Source: a bacterium (GTDB taxonomy: Bacteria; Desulfobacterota; DSWW01). From it: DNA of 64,000 bases. The first letter of the stretch is position 1. Every line of letters starts with the position of its first letter. The stretch is taken from NCBI GenBank assembly GCA_040756235.1, contig JBFLZG010000051.1, positions 8,727 through 72,726 on the forward strand, in the 5' to 3' direction. Shown in pieces: positions 19,845 to 28,747 of this stretch. A model generated the notes under the pieces. That model ran no database searches. It saw only the letters and a program-made list of their open reading frames with translations, and had not been told where the DNA came from. A program made the position numbers and the translations under genes.

Positions 19845-20865
19845 GGACCTTCTCGGGTTGCGGGGCTCGGTAGAGCAGAGCCGTCCAGCCCTCGTCCGGA
19901 TCGATCTTCTCGGAAGCCGGCCTGAGCCCGGCTTGCTCGTAAGCGCTCCTCACATGGTCGCGATCTGCCCTGAGGAATCCGGAAAGGATCAGGAATCCAT
20001 CTTCTTCCAGGACCGCGAGCAAGGGTGCAAGGGACTCGGTCAGGGTCCGGGTATCGATGTTGGCCGCGATCAGGTCGAAACGGGACCGGACGCAGGCGAG
20101 CCCGCCGGCAATCAGATGGATGGGCGCGCCTCCATTGTTGAGGGCGAGGTTCTTCCGGGCGACCTGCACGGCCTCCAGGTCCTTGTCCAGCCCGACCACG
20201 CGCGCCACACCGAGCGCGCGGCCCGCCATGGAGAGGATCCCGGAGCCGCACCCCACGTCCAGGAGCGAACGCGGGCGCCGCGGGCCGGAGCCGCCCTTGG
20301 TCAGGATCTCGTCCAGAAAATGAAGGCAGAGCCGGGTCGTGGCGTGCCTGCCGGTTCCGAAAGCGAGCCCCGGCTCCATCACGATGCAGATCGAGGAACG
20401 GGGCAGATCGGGAATCTGCCACGGAGGGGCAACCCAGATTCTGTCCGCCACCCTCATCGGCGCAAACGTTTTCTTCCAGTCCGTCGCCCACTCCTCCTTG
20501 CGCACGCGCTGGCAGCCGAGCAGCCGGGCGGTGAAATCCGGGAAGGCTGCCTGGAGGTCTCGCCTGACCGACTCGATCAGCTCGATGATCGCCTCCATTT
20601 CGAATGTGCCGGGAAAGTAAACCGAGAGGAGCGCGAAACGGCCGCAGGCTTCGCACTCCGGCTCCGGCAAGGCCGCCGCTCCGTCAAGACCGTCGAGCCC
20701 TTCCCCCTCCGCGCTCCCCAGCGCGCCGCGGTCATAGCACTCGCTCACGAAGGTGGACAGCGTCTCCTCGCTTGGGTTCACAAATTGGATCAGCGCCTGG
20801 GTCCAGCCGGCGGGATCGGACCCTTGGCCCGCTCCCGTATCCGGGGTACCGCCCGATCGGACCAT
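19837..20865 (-). CDS. prmA: Ribosomal protein L11 methyltransferase
   Basis: W..DWKKTF.P, EPGLAFGTGRHATTRLC, LDVGCGSGILS, ANI, LILSG. Confidence 0.95.
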   Translation of the reverse strand: MVRSGGTPDTGAGQGSDPAGWTQALIQFVNPSEETLSTFVSECYDRGALGSAEGEGLDGLDGAAALPEPECEACGRFALLSVYFPGTFEMEAIIELIESVRRDLQAAFPDFTARLLGCQRVRKEEWATDWKKTFAPMRVADRIWVAPPWQIPDLPRSSICIVMEPGLAFGTGRHATTRLCLHFLDEILTKGGSGPRRPRSLLDVGCGSGILSMAGRALGVARVVGLDKDLEAVQVARKNLALNNGGAPIHLIAGGLACVRSRFDLIAANIDTRTLTESLAPLLAVLEEDGFLILSGFLRADRDHVRSAYEQAGLRPASEKIDPDEGWTALLYRAPQPEKVHG

Positions 20866-21136
20866 GGGCTTGCCCTCGTGCTCCGGCGGGTCTCCTTGCC
20901 ACGATCACATCCTGTGCGCCCGCTGCTTCCCTGCCGCCGCCGGCCCGCCGCACCGGCGACGGCTGGGAAAGTACCTGTTAACATACCGTAAGACGAAGCC
21001 GCTTTCAAAGGAGAGCGGCCGCGGTTTGACACGCTCTTTCTTTGCGTCTAAGGAAATATGTTCTTGAGCCGTCGCAGGACCGAACCCGGCCCGTCCGCGG
21101 CGCGCTCGACGGCTCATCCAATCCGGGGAGGGTGGC

Positions 21137-22219
21137 ATGGAGAAGGTGCCCGCAAGCTATTACGGCATGGATGAAGAACGGCTCCGGCGGCGGATCCGGG
21201 AGAGGAAAGAAGCCCTCGGGCCCAGATTGGTGATTCTGGGGCATCACTACCAGACACAGGCGGTCATCGACTTTGCGGACTTCCGCGGGGACTCCCTGGC
21301 CCTGTGCCGCCTCGCCGCCGGCCAGCGCGAGTGCGAATTCATCGTCTTCTGCGGGGTTCGCTTCATGGCCGAGAGTGCCGAAATCCTCCGGGCCGCCCAC
21401 CAGGTCGTACAGCACCCGGATCCCGAAGCAGGGTGCCCGATGGCCGACATGGGGGACATCGGGAAGGTGGAAGACGCCTGGCGGCGGGTCACGGAAGGGG
21501 TGGGGGAGTCGGGGATACTGCCGGTCACCTACATGAACTCCAGCGCCGAGCTGAAAGCCTTCTGCGGGAGGCACGGCGGCACCGTCTGCACGTCGTCCAA
21601 CGCGGACAAGGTGCTGAATTGGGCCTACCAGAGGGCGGACCGAGTGTTCTTCTTCCCGGACGAGCACCTCGGCAGGAACACTGCCCGGCGGATCGGGATC
21701 CCGGCCGAGCAGATCCTGCTCTGGGAGCCTCGGGATCCGATGGAACAGTCCGAGGGCGCTGCCGCCAAGCAGGCCCTGGGCAGATCTCGGCTCTTGCTCT
21801 GGAAAGGACACTGTCACGTGCACCAGAGCTTTCGCGTCGATCACGTCCGCAGGGCCGGACGGCAGGATCCGGGGGCCAAGGTGGTCGTTCATCCGGAGTG
21901 CGCCGAAGACGTCGTCCAGGCGGCGGACGCTTGCGGCTCCACGGAATACATCTGCCGCTTCGTGGCCGAGGCACCGTCCGGAGCGACGATCTACGTGGGA
22001 ACGGAGAGCCGCCTGGTGCGCCGCTTGGCGCGGGAGCATCCGGACAAGAGGATCCTGGAGCTGGCCGATTCTACCTGCCCGGACATGTCCCGCATCGACC
22101 TCACGAAGTTGCTGTTCGCCCTCGACGGCGCCGGGCAGGTGAACAGGGTATCGGTTCCTGCGGAGATCCGAAAGGAAGCCAGGACCGCCCTGGAAAGGAT
22201 GCTTTCCTTGCCTGCCTGA
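21137..22219 (+). CDS. nadA: Quinolinate synthase
   Basis: LGHHYQ, GDSLAL, FCGVRFMAES, AGCPMAD, YMNSSA, CTSSNA, FFPDEHLGRN, GHCHVH, HPEC. Confidence 0.97.
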   Translation: MEKVPASYYGMDEERLRRRIRERKEALGPRLVILGHHYQTQAVIDFADFRGDSLALCRLAAGQRECEFIVFCGVRFMAESAEILRAAHQVVQHPDPEAGCPMADMGDIGKVEDAWRRVTEGVGESGILPVTYMNSSAELKAFCGRHGGTVCTSSNADKVLNWAYQRADRVFFFPDEHLGRNTARRIGIPAEQILLWEPRDPMEQSEGAAAKQALGRSRLLLWKGHCHVHQSFRVDHVRRAGRQDPGAKVVVHPECAEDVVQAADACGSTEYICRFVAEAPSGATIYVGTESRLVRRLAREHPDKRILELADSTCPDMSRIDLTKLLFALDGAGQVNRVSVPAEIRKEARTALERMLSLPA

Positions 22220-22469
22220 GGCCTTGCCCGGTCGGATTCCGCCAGGGCTCCTTCGATCCGGCAGCGGTCAGAAGCGCCCGCGCCGCCGAAATGCTAGACA
22301 TTCCGGTCCGGACCCTGTATGAGAAGATTCGGGCGTGCCGTGCTGCAGCATACCCGGACCTTCAAACGCGTCAACCGAACCCCAGCCGACGGTGACCGGG
22401 CCTTTCCAGCGATTCCGCACACGGATTTCTCGGAAAGTCCGGTTCTTCGTTTCCGAGCCGAGGACCGAC

Positions 22470-23144
22470 ATGCAGAACACGGATGCGATCCAGCCGGACC
22501 CGAACGGCACTTCAGACTATCGCCAGAGAGATCTCGTTCCCCCGGAAATGACCATCCAGCATGCATCGACCAAGGGGCTGCGCTACATCCTGCTTCACGA
22601 CCGCAGGAAGATCTACAACAAGCTCCTCCAATACCTGGCCATGCACTACCTCATGCCGCCACAGTTCCGGGTGAAGCTGCAGGCCCTGCGCGGGGTCCGG
22701 TTCGACGATCCGCGGAGCGTGTTCCTGGGCGACCACATCAACTTCGACGAGCGGCTGCCGGAGAACATCCGGATGGGCAGGGCCGTCTGGATGGCCGCGG
22801 GCTGCCGCATCCTGACCCACCGCTTCCTCTCCTGGAGGTTCGTCGAGAAGTCGCACGTCGTGTTCGAGGACTACGTCCGGGTGGGGGCGAACTCGATGAT
22901 CATCGGACCGGCCACCATCGGCAAGGGAGCCGCCATCGCCCCGGGTGCGGTGGTCCTGAAAGACGTCGCGCCCTACACGGTCGTGGGCGGCGTACCGGCA
23001 AAGCGGATCGGAGTCGTGCCCAAGGACATGGTGGATTATGAGCTGCTCATGGAGGGGGACTTCAAGACCGGGGCGGATCTCATTCAGGGTTATCTCTGGC
23101 GCGCCAAGCCGCAGGAGGAGGATCCGGTTCAGCGGGACGCTTAG
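22470..23144 (+). CDS. Hexapeptide-repeat (left-handed beta-helix) acyltransferase
   Basis: RVGANSMIIGPATIGKGAAIAPGAVVLKDVAPYTVVGGVPAKRI. Confidence 0.88.
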   Translation: MQNTDAIQPDPNGTSDYRQRDLVPPEMTIQHASTKGLRYILLHDRRKIYNKLLQYLAMHYLMPPQFRVKLQALRGVRFDDPRSVFLGDHINFDERLPENIRMGRAVWMAAGCRILTHRFLSWRFVEKSHVVFEDYVRVGANSMIIGPATIGKGAAIAPGAVVLKDVAPYTVVGGVPAKRIGVVPKDMVDYELLMEGDFKTGADLIQGYLWRAKPQEEDPVQRDA

Positions 23145-23156
23145 AGGGGGGATCTC

Positions 23157-23615
23157 CTATCGGTTCCGAAGGGCTCTCTCGATGTCCCGCTTGGCGTCCT
23201 GCTTCTTGAGAGTCTCCCTCTTCTCGTACTTCCTTTTGCCGCGGGCCAGAGCCATCTCGACCTTGGCCCTGCCGTCTTTCAGATAGACGCGCAGCGGAAC
23301 GAAGGCGAGGCCCTTCTCCTGGATCTTGCCGGTCAGCTTTCCGATCTCTCTTCTGTGGAGCAGGAGCTTCCGGGTGCGGGTGGGCTCGTGATTGAAAGGG
23401 CCGGCATTGGGATAGGGTGAGATGTGGATTTCGTGCAGGAAGGCCTCCCCGTTCGTGATCTTGCCGTAGCCGTCCTTGAGCTGAACGCGGCCCTCGCGGA
23501 TCGACTTGATCTCGGTCCCGGTCAGGACCAGGCCGGCCTCGTAAGTGGAGAGAATTTCATAGTCGTGCCGGGCCTTCTTGTTCTGGGCGACGAGATGGAT
23601 CCCGGTACGCTTCAA
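23157..23615 (-). CDS. smpB: SsrA-binding protein
   Basis: [47 protein letters not shown] start after AGGAGG. Confidence 0.98.
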   Translation of the reverse strand: MKRTGIHLVAQNKKARHDYEILSTYEAGLVLTGTEIKSIREGRVQLKDGYGKITNGEAFLHEIHISPYPNAGPFNHEPTRTRKLLLHRREIGKLTGKIQEKGLAFVPLRVYLKDGRAKVEMALARGKRKYEKRETLKKQDAKRDIERALRNR

Positions 23616-23712
23616 AAGCCCTCCTAAAGTCTCCGGTTTGCCGAACAGGCGTGAGGTGTCGATCGATTCCAGGATACCTCAATGCCACCCGCTTTCAAGG
23701 CCCGGGTGGGAA

Positions 23713-24189
23713 CTACCCTTCGCTGACCTCGAAGTGCCGGATGTCCGCGAGGTTTCCCTTGCGCTCGTCCCGGAACACGGCGCGCATCCTGGCGCCGACC
23801 CGGATCTTGCTCTCGTCCCGGATTTCGATGAAATGCTGGAACGCGTTGTCTGCGCCGTCGAGTTGGATGAAGCCGTACCCGTACGGTACCGGCTTGGGCT
23901 GGCCGGTCTCGGGGTCCACGAAGTGAAAGCGAAGAATGGTGAAAGCCACCAGAGTTCCCTTGGGTCCGACCTCGACCAGCTCTTCCATTTCCTGGAAGCA
24001 GGGGCCGCAAACCCGCCGCGGAGGGACGTAGACCTTCCTGCACTTCGGGCAGCGGATCCCCAGGAGCCTTTTGCGATCGCGCAGCTCCATGAAGAACTTG
24101 CTTCCGTGACGACCGACCGCGTAGCGGAAGGGCTGCTGGTCCGATTCGCCGGAATGGGCCACGAGGAGCTCCTGTCTTGCACCTGCCAT
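23713..24189 (-). CDS. DUF35 Zn-ribbon/OB-fold protein
   Basis: RCPKCRKVYVPPRRVCGPC, PYGYGFIQLDGAD. Confidence 0.92.
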   Translation of the reverse strand: MAGARQELLVAHSGESDQQPFRYAVGRHGSKFFMELRDRKRLLGIRCPKCRKVYVPPRRVCGPCFQEMEELVEVGPKGTLVAFTILRFHFVDPETGQPKPVPYGYGFIQLDGADNAFQHFIEIRDESKIRVGARMRAVFRDERKGNLADIRHFEVSEG

Positions 24190-24269
24190 CTTGTATCCTC
24201 CTGATTCTCTGCCCGCCCGCTTCCCGCCGGTCTCACGGCGATTGGGGAGAACGGCAGAGGACGACGGCG

Positions 24270-25427
24270 CTAAACCGGCTTCTTTGCGCCATACAAGAGA
24301 AGATCGGACCAGAAGCAGCCGCCGAACCCGGAGCTGAGCGCGATCCGCACGTCCGGCACTTGCCTCTTGTCCGCCTTTCCCATGATCTGAAGGGCCGCCT
24401 CCGCACAGCGGATGAGCCCCGTTGCACCGATCGGGTTGCAGGATATGACGCCCCCGGACATGTTGATGGGAAGCTCACCGCCGAAATCCGTGGCCCCGTC
24501 CCAGAGCAGGCGGGGGGCCTCGCCCGGTTTGCACAGGCCCAGAGCCTCGATCCAGCTCAAGCCGGCAAAGGAGTAGGGCAGATACAGCTCCATCACGTCG
24601 ATTTCCTTGAGCGGCTCCCGGATGCCGGTTTTCTTGTAGAGCTCGCGCGAAGCCAGCTGCAGGGAGGGAAGGTTCACGAAGTTGGCATCGCCCAGATACG
24701 AGTAGAGGTGCCGGTTGGCCGTGCCCAGGACCCACGCCGGTTTCGGGCAGATCTTCTCGGCCACGCGCTCGGAGGCGAAGACGACGGCGCAGGCGCCGTC
24801 CGTGCGCGGGCACAGATCCAGCAGCTTCAGCGGATCCGAGAGCCGGGCCGAGGACATGACCTCCTCGATCGTGACTTCCTTGCGGAGGTGGGCATACGGG
24901 TTGAGGCACGCGTGCCTGCGGTCCCGCACGGTCACGCGGGCCGCGTCTTTTTCGGTCACCCCGTAGGTCGCCATGTAGACCGACGCCTCGACGGCCAGCC
25001 CCGAGATGGCGCCGGCGAACACGAGCCGGTCCCAGACCGGGTCGAAGGCCGTGGTGATGGCGCCGGTGGTATCGGACTCGGAGTTCTTCTCCCATCCGAT
25101 CACGAGCAGCTTGTCGAACATGCCCGAGGCAACCATGTGGTAGCCGGCGATCGCCAGGGTGCTGCCGGTGGTGCCGCCGGTGGTCAGCTTCAGGGTGGGC
25201 TTGCCGAATCCCCCCGAGCCGTCGATGCTCCAGCAGTCCACGTAGTTGATCCCCTCGAAGTGGTCCATGTTGCCCACGATGACGCCGTCGATGTCGTCCA
25301 TCTTCAGCTCGGCGTCGCTCAGGGCCCTTTGGACCGCCTCGTAGATCAGCTCGACACCGTTGACGTCCAGCCGGCGGGTGCAGTGATGGGTTTGTCCCGT
25401 TGCGACAATGGCGACTCGATTCGACAT
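24270..25427 (-). CDS. Thiolase-superfamily protein lacking the nucleophilic Cys (Ltp3-like)
   Basis: RVAIVATGQT, DGACAVV, INMSGGVIS.NPIGATG; TTGGTTGST at the nucleophile loop; ELYLPY. Confidence 0.85.
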   Translation of the reverse strand: MSNRVAIVATGQTHHCTRRLDVNGVELIYEAVQRALSDAELKMDDIDGVIVGNMDHFEGINYVDCWSIDGSGGFGKPTLKLTTGGTTGSTLAIAGYHMVASGMFDKLLVIGWEKNSESDTTGAITTAFDPVWDRLVFAGAISGLAVEASVYMATYGVTEKDAARVTVRDRRHACLNPYAHLRKEVTIEEVMSSARLSDPLKLLDLCPRTDGACAVVFASERVAEKICPKPAWVLGTANRHLYSYLGDANFVNLPSLQLASRELYKKTGIREPLKEIDVMELYLPYSFAGLSWIEALGLCKPGEAPRLLWDGATDFGGELPINMSGGVISCNPIGATGLIRCAEAALQIMGKADKRQVPDVRIALSSGFGGCFWSDLLLYGAKKPV

Positions 25428-25494
25428 CTTCGACACCTCATTGCAGGAGCGGTCGGGAAAGGGCTGCAGCGACGTGCGGAGCAATCTCCGGGTC

Positions 25495-26634
25495 TCAGTT
25501 GCCGAGAACCCACACACAATGGGATTGGCCGCACGGACCGTTCACGCCGTGCGCCAGGGCGGTCCTGGCCCCCCGGACCTGGCGCTCGCCTGCATCGCCC
25601 CGAAGCTGCAGCACCGCCTCTGCGATGCGCACCAGGCCGGCCGCCGTGACGGTGTGCGCCGAGAGGAGGCCGCCGGAAGGGTTCACCGGGATGGGGCCCG
25701 CGATCTGCGTGTCGCCGGATTCGATGAGCTTCCCTCCCTCCCCGCGACCGCACAAGCCCAGCCCCTCGGTCCACAAGAGCTCCTGATAGGTGAACGCATC
25801 GTAGAGCTCCACCACGTCCAGCTCCTTTTTCGGATCCCGGATGCCGGCCATGGCGTAGGCCTTCTCGGAAGCCTTGAACAGAGCCTGACAGTCGGCCAGA
25901 TCGCGGTCGCCGAGGTGGTAGGCGTCCGCGCAGTAGCCGACGCCCCGCACCCACACGGGGCGGCTCGAGATCTTCCGGGCCGCGGCCTCCCGGGCAAGGA
26001 TGATGGCGCAGGCGCCGTCGGATATGGGCGAGGCGTCCAGGAGCTTGATCGGATCGGCGAGCATCCGGCTCTGCATGACGTCTTCCACCGTGAGGCGCAG
26101 CGGCAGTTGCGCGAAGGTGTTGCGCAAGGCGTTGCCGTGGTTCTTGACCGAAACCAGGGCGCACTGCTCCTCGGTGATTCCGTACCGGTCCATGTATCTC
26201 CTGGCCTGCAGGGCGGCCGAGGAGACGAAGTCCAGGCCCAGGGAGCGCGCGTAGATGGGGTCGAACATGGCGTTGGTGATGCGCGCCGAATCGCTCTCGG
26301 ACCCCTTGCAGTGAGCCACGACCAGGGTCGTGTCGTAGGAGCCGGAGAGGATCCGCGTCATGCCGTAGAAGGCGGCGAAGGTCCCGTCTCCCTCGACGCA
26401 GGAGATGTTCTTGTCGTAGGAGCCGCAGGCATCGTTGATCGCCATGCTGGAGATCGTGCGGCCGTCCCAGAAGTCGTTGGAGGCCGACACGACGTTACCG
26501 ATCTGGGAGATCTCGATGCCGGCATCCTTGAGGGCTCGGGTCGTGGCCTCGAAGACCATGTCCGCAAAGGTGTCGTAGACCTTGTTCCGCTCCTGGCGGG
26601 TCTGGCCGACGCCGATGATGGCGATGCGCTCCAT
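25495..26634 (-). CDS. Thiolase-superfamily protein lacking the nucleophilic Cys (Ltp4-like)
   Basis: IAIIGVGQT, SPISDGACA, ELYDAFTYQE, VNPSGGLL; SCVEGDGTFA at the nucleophile loop. Confidence 0.85.
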   Translation of the reverse strand: MERIAIIGVGQTRQERNKVYDTFADMVFEATTRALKDAGIEISQIGNVVSASNDFWDGRTISSMAINDACGSYDKNISCVEGDGTFAAFYGMTRILSGSYDTTLVVAHCKGSESDSARITNAMFDPIYARSLGLDFVSSAALQARRYMDRYGITEEQCALVSVKNHGNALRNTFAQLPLRLTVEDVMQSRMLADPIKLLDASPISDGACAIILAREAAARKISSRPVWVRGVGYCADAYHLGDRDLADCQALFKASEKAYAMAGIRDPKKELDVVELYDAFTYQELLWTEGLGLCGRGEGGKLIESGDTQIAGPIPVNPSGGLLSAHTVTAAGLVRIAEAVLQLRGDAGERQVRGARTALAHGVNGPCGQSHCVWVLGN

Positions 26635-26679
26635 TGTCTCTTTCCCCACGGCTGAGGGCGCCTTCTCGACACCCTCGGT

Positions 26680-27150
26680 TCAGGCGGACTTCACGGGCCG
26701 AAAGTGGGCGATGTCCAGAATGGTTCCGGTTCGCTCCTCCTTGAAAACCGCGGTCAGGCGCAACCCGGAGCGGATCGAGCTCAGGTCGACGTCGCCGATC
26801 AGGTGCAGCAGGCCGGTCGAGGCGCCGTCGAGCTGAATGATGCCGTATGCGAACGGGGCCCTGGCCGGCTGCAGACCGTTTTCGTAACGGACGATCGTGT
26901 AGGTGAGGAGCGTGCCGTCCGGGCCCACGTCCACCCACGGGCCGGTATCCCGGAAGCACCGGGGGCACATCTTCCGGGGCGGCACGTAGACGGTCTTGCA
27001 CGACTCGCACTGCTTGCCCTGGAGGCGCTTGTGGTCTCGTATGCCGGCCAGGAACCGGCTTCCCGTCTCGCCCACCGACCAGGTGTAAGGCACCTTGATG
27101 CGGCTGTGGTGCACCATCGGCTCCACGCTCTCGAGCCATGCGGCACTCAT
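26680..27150 (-). CDS. DUF35 Zn-ribbon/OB-fold protein
   Basis: CESCKTVYVPPRKMCPRC, PFAYGIIQLDGA; ATG 27150 follows AGGAG. Confidence 0.92.
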   Translation of the reverse strand: MSAAWLESVEPMVHHSRIKVPYTWSVGETGSRFLAGIRDHKRLQGKQCESCKTVYVPPRKMCPRCFRDTGPWVDVGPDGTLLTYTIVRYENGLQPARAPFAYGIIQLDGASTGLLHLIGDVDLSSIRSGLRLTAVFKEERTGTILDIAHFRPVKSA

Positions 27151-27189
27151 GGGGTATTCTCCTGTTTGCATTGCTGGAACGACGGACGA

Positions 27190-27219
27190 ACTATAGGGCC
27201 CCGAGCCCGTCTTTGTCAA
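27190..27219 (-). promoter_or_regulatory. Putative sigma-70 promoter of the DUF35/thiolase-like operon
   Basis: Minus strand TTGACA-N18-TATAGT 40 bp upstream of ATG 27150. Confidence 0.6.
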
Positions 27220-27385
27220 TGAAGACGGACCCGTGCGGCCCTCCCGGCCGCGCCGCAGAGCCGCCAAGATGGCGGCCCTCAGGGGTCTTGTGCGGAGGCG
27301 CGCGGTCCTTGCAAAAGCGGGTGAGTTCCGGCAGATTGATCGCGTTGAAAAACCGCGCCATTTCTCATCGGGAGACCGGCAGCTC

Positions 27386-28747
27386 ATGCATTCCGGAAAG
27401 ATCGAGCACCGGATCCGGCGGCTTCTGGAGAGAGTCCTGGAGCAGAGCCTGGAATCGGCGAGCGAGGACGCGCACATCCTGAACGACCTCGGCGCCGACT
27501 CGTGGCAGTACCTGGAATTCCGCAACGAGGTCGAGACCGCCTTCGGGATCACGATTCCGGACGCCGAGGTGGATCGACTGAGCACCCTCAGGGAATCTGC
27601 CAGCCTGGTCTCGCAGCTGATCGGGCCGGAGGAGGCCGGCAAGGCGGCGGCCGCAGCCGTGCCGGGCGCGCCGATCGCCGGAACGAAACAGCGGCTGGGA
27701 GGGGGCAGCTACCTGAGGGAAGACGGGGCGCTGCGCACCGATCTCGAAATCGGCATGGCCCTGACCGGGCGGAACCACCTGGCCGAGTCGCCGCTGATGA
27801 AGTTCGTCGGCGAGATCCGCTGGAACCACATCGCCCATTTCGCGGGGGTTCCCAGCAAGAAGCTGTCGGACGAGACGGGTGAACGGCTGTACGCGACCTT
27901 CTACTACGTCGAGACGCTCTTCCCCAGGCAGACGCCCATGGCGGCCTTCGGCGAAAACGACCGGTTCACGGTGGTCAGCAGCCTCAGCTCCTTCGGCAAC
28001 TCGATCCTGGACGGCTGCCACTTCCTCTACCCCGCGGGGTGGCCTGAAGAGAAGAAAGTGCCGCTGCTGAACGGACGTCAGGCTGCGGAGATGGGCATCC
28101 CCTACGTGCGCACGTCCAATATCTTCGTCAAGATGCTCCAGGGCGCCACCTGGCTGAAGAAGTCCAGGCCCGCCCAGAAGGGGATGGACGACGTGCCGCG
28201 GCTGGCCGAGGTGCCGGACAGCTACGTGCGGATCAAGCAGGCCGAAGGAGAGGACCGCTTCTGGCCGCCCCCGGAGGCTGCCAGCCCGCTGACGCCCGGG
28301 AAGGTGAGGCTCGACTACCGGATCGAGCCGGACCGGGACCTGAACGGCGTGGGGCTGCTCTACTTCGCGAACTATCCGATGATTCTCGACATCGCGGAAA
28401 GGAAGTGCCTGCGGGAGATGGCGGCGCCGTCTCTGTCCGACGATCTGCTGGATCTGCGGACGCTCGTCCGCCGCGAAAGCGCCTACCTCGGCAACGCCCA
28501 TCAGTCGGATGCGATCGACGTCTGGGTGGAGGCCTGGATCGAAAATCCTTTCCTGGCCCGACACCCGGCGCCGGAGATGAGCCCCGTGCGGCTGTTCCTG
28601 AACTACCAGATGTACCGCCGATCCGACGGCCGCAAGATCATCGTCTCCAGCGCCGAGAAGGTGATCTTCGGCAGGACGTTGGAGGACACCGGCCTGCTCG
28701 GCCCGCTCAGGGAAATGGCCGGCGCCGCAGGGGCCGTGCCGGCCTAG
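27386..28747 (+). CDS. Acyl carrier domain fused to an LnmK-like double-hotdog acyltransferase/decarboxylase domain
   Basis: ACP motif DLGADSW..LE....VE.AFGITIPD; then GERLYATFYYV and DRDLNGVGLLYFANY motifs of LnmK/Pnap_2097-type proteins. Confidence 0.78.
   Translation: MHSGKIEHRIRRLLERVLEQSLESASEDAHILNDLGADSWQYLEFRNEVETAFGITIPDAEVDRLSTLRESASLVSQLIGPEEAGKAAAAAVPGAPIAGTKQRLGGGSYLREDGALRTDLEIGMALTGRNHLAESPLMKFVGEIRWNHIAHFAGVPSKKLSDETGERLYATFYYVETLFPRQTPMAAFGENDRFTVVSSLSSFGNSILDGCHFLYPAGWPEEKKVPLLNGRQAAEMGIPYVRTSNIFVKMLQGATWLKKSRPAQKGMDDVPRLAEVPDSYVRIKQAEGEDRFWPPPEAASPLTPGKVRLDYRIEPDRDLNGVGLLYFANYPMILDIAERKCLREMAAPSLSDDLLDLRTLVRRESAYLGNAHQSDAIDVWVEAWIENPFLARHPAPEMSPVRLFLNYQMYRRSDGRKIIVSSAEKVIFGRTLEDTGLLGPLREMAGAAGAVPA

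Noticed and set aside
23100..23712. tmRNA (ssrA) next to smpB
   Set aside because: No room and no tRNA-like ends in the flanking spacers
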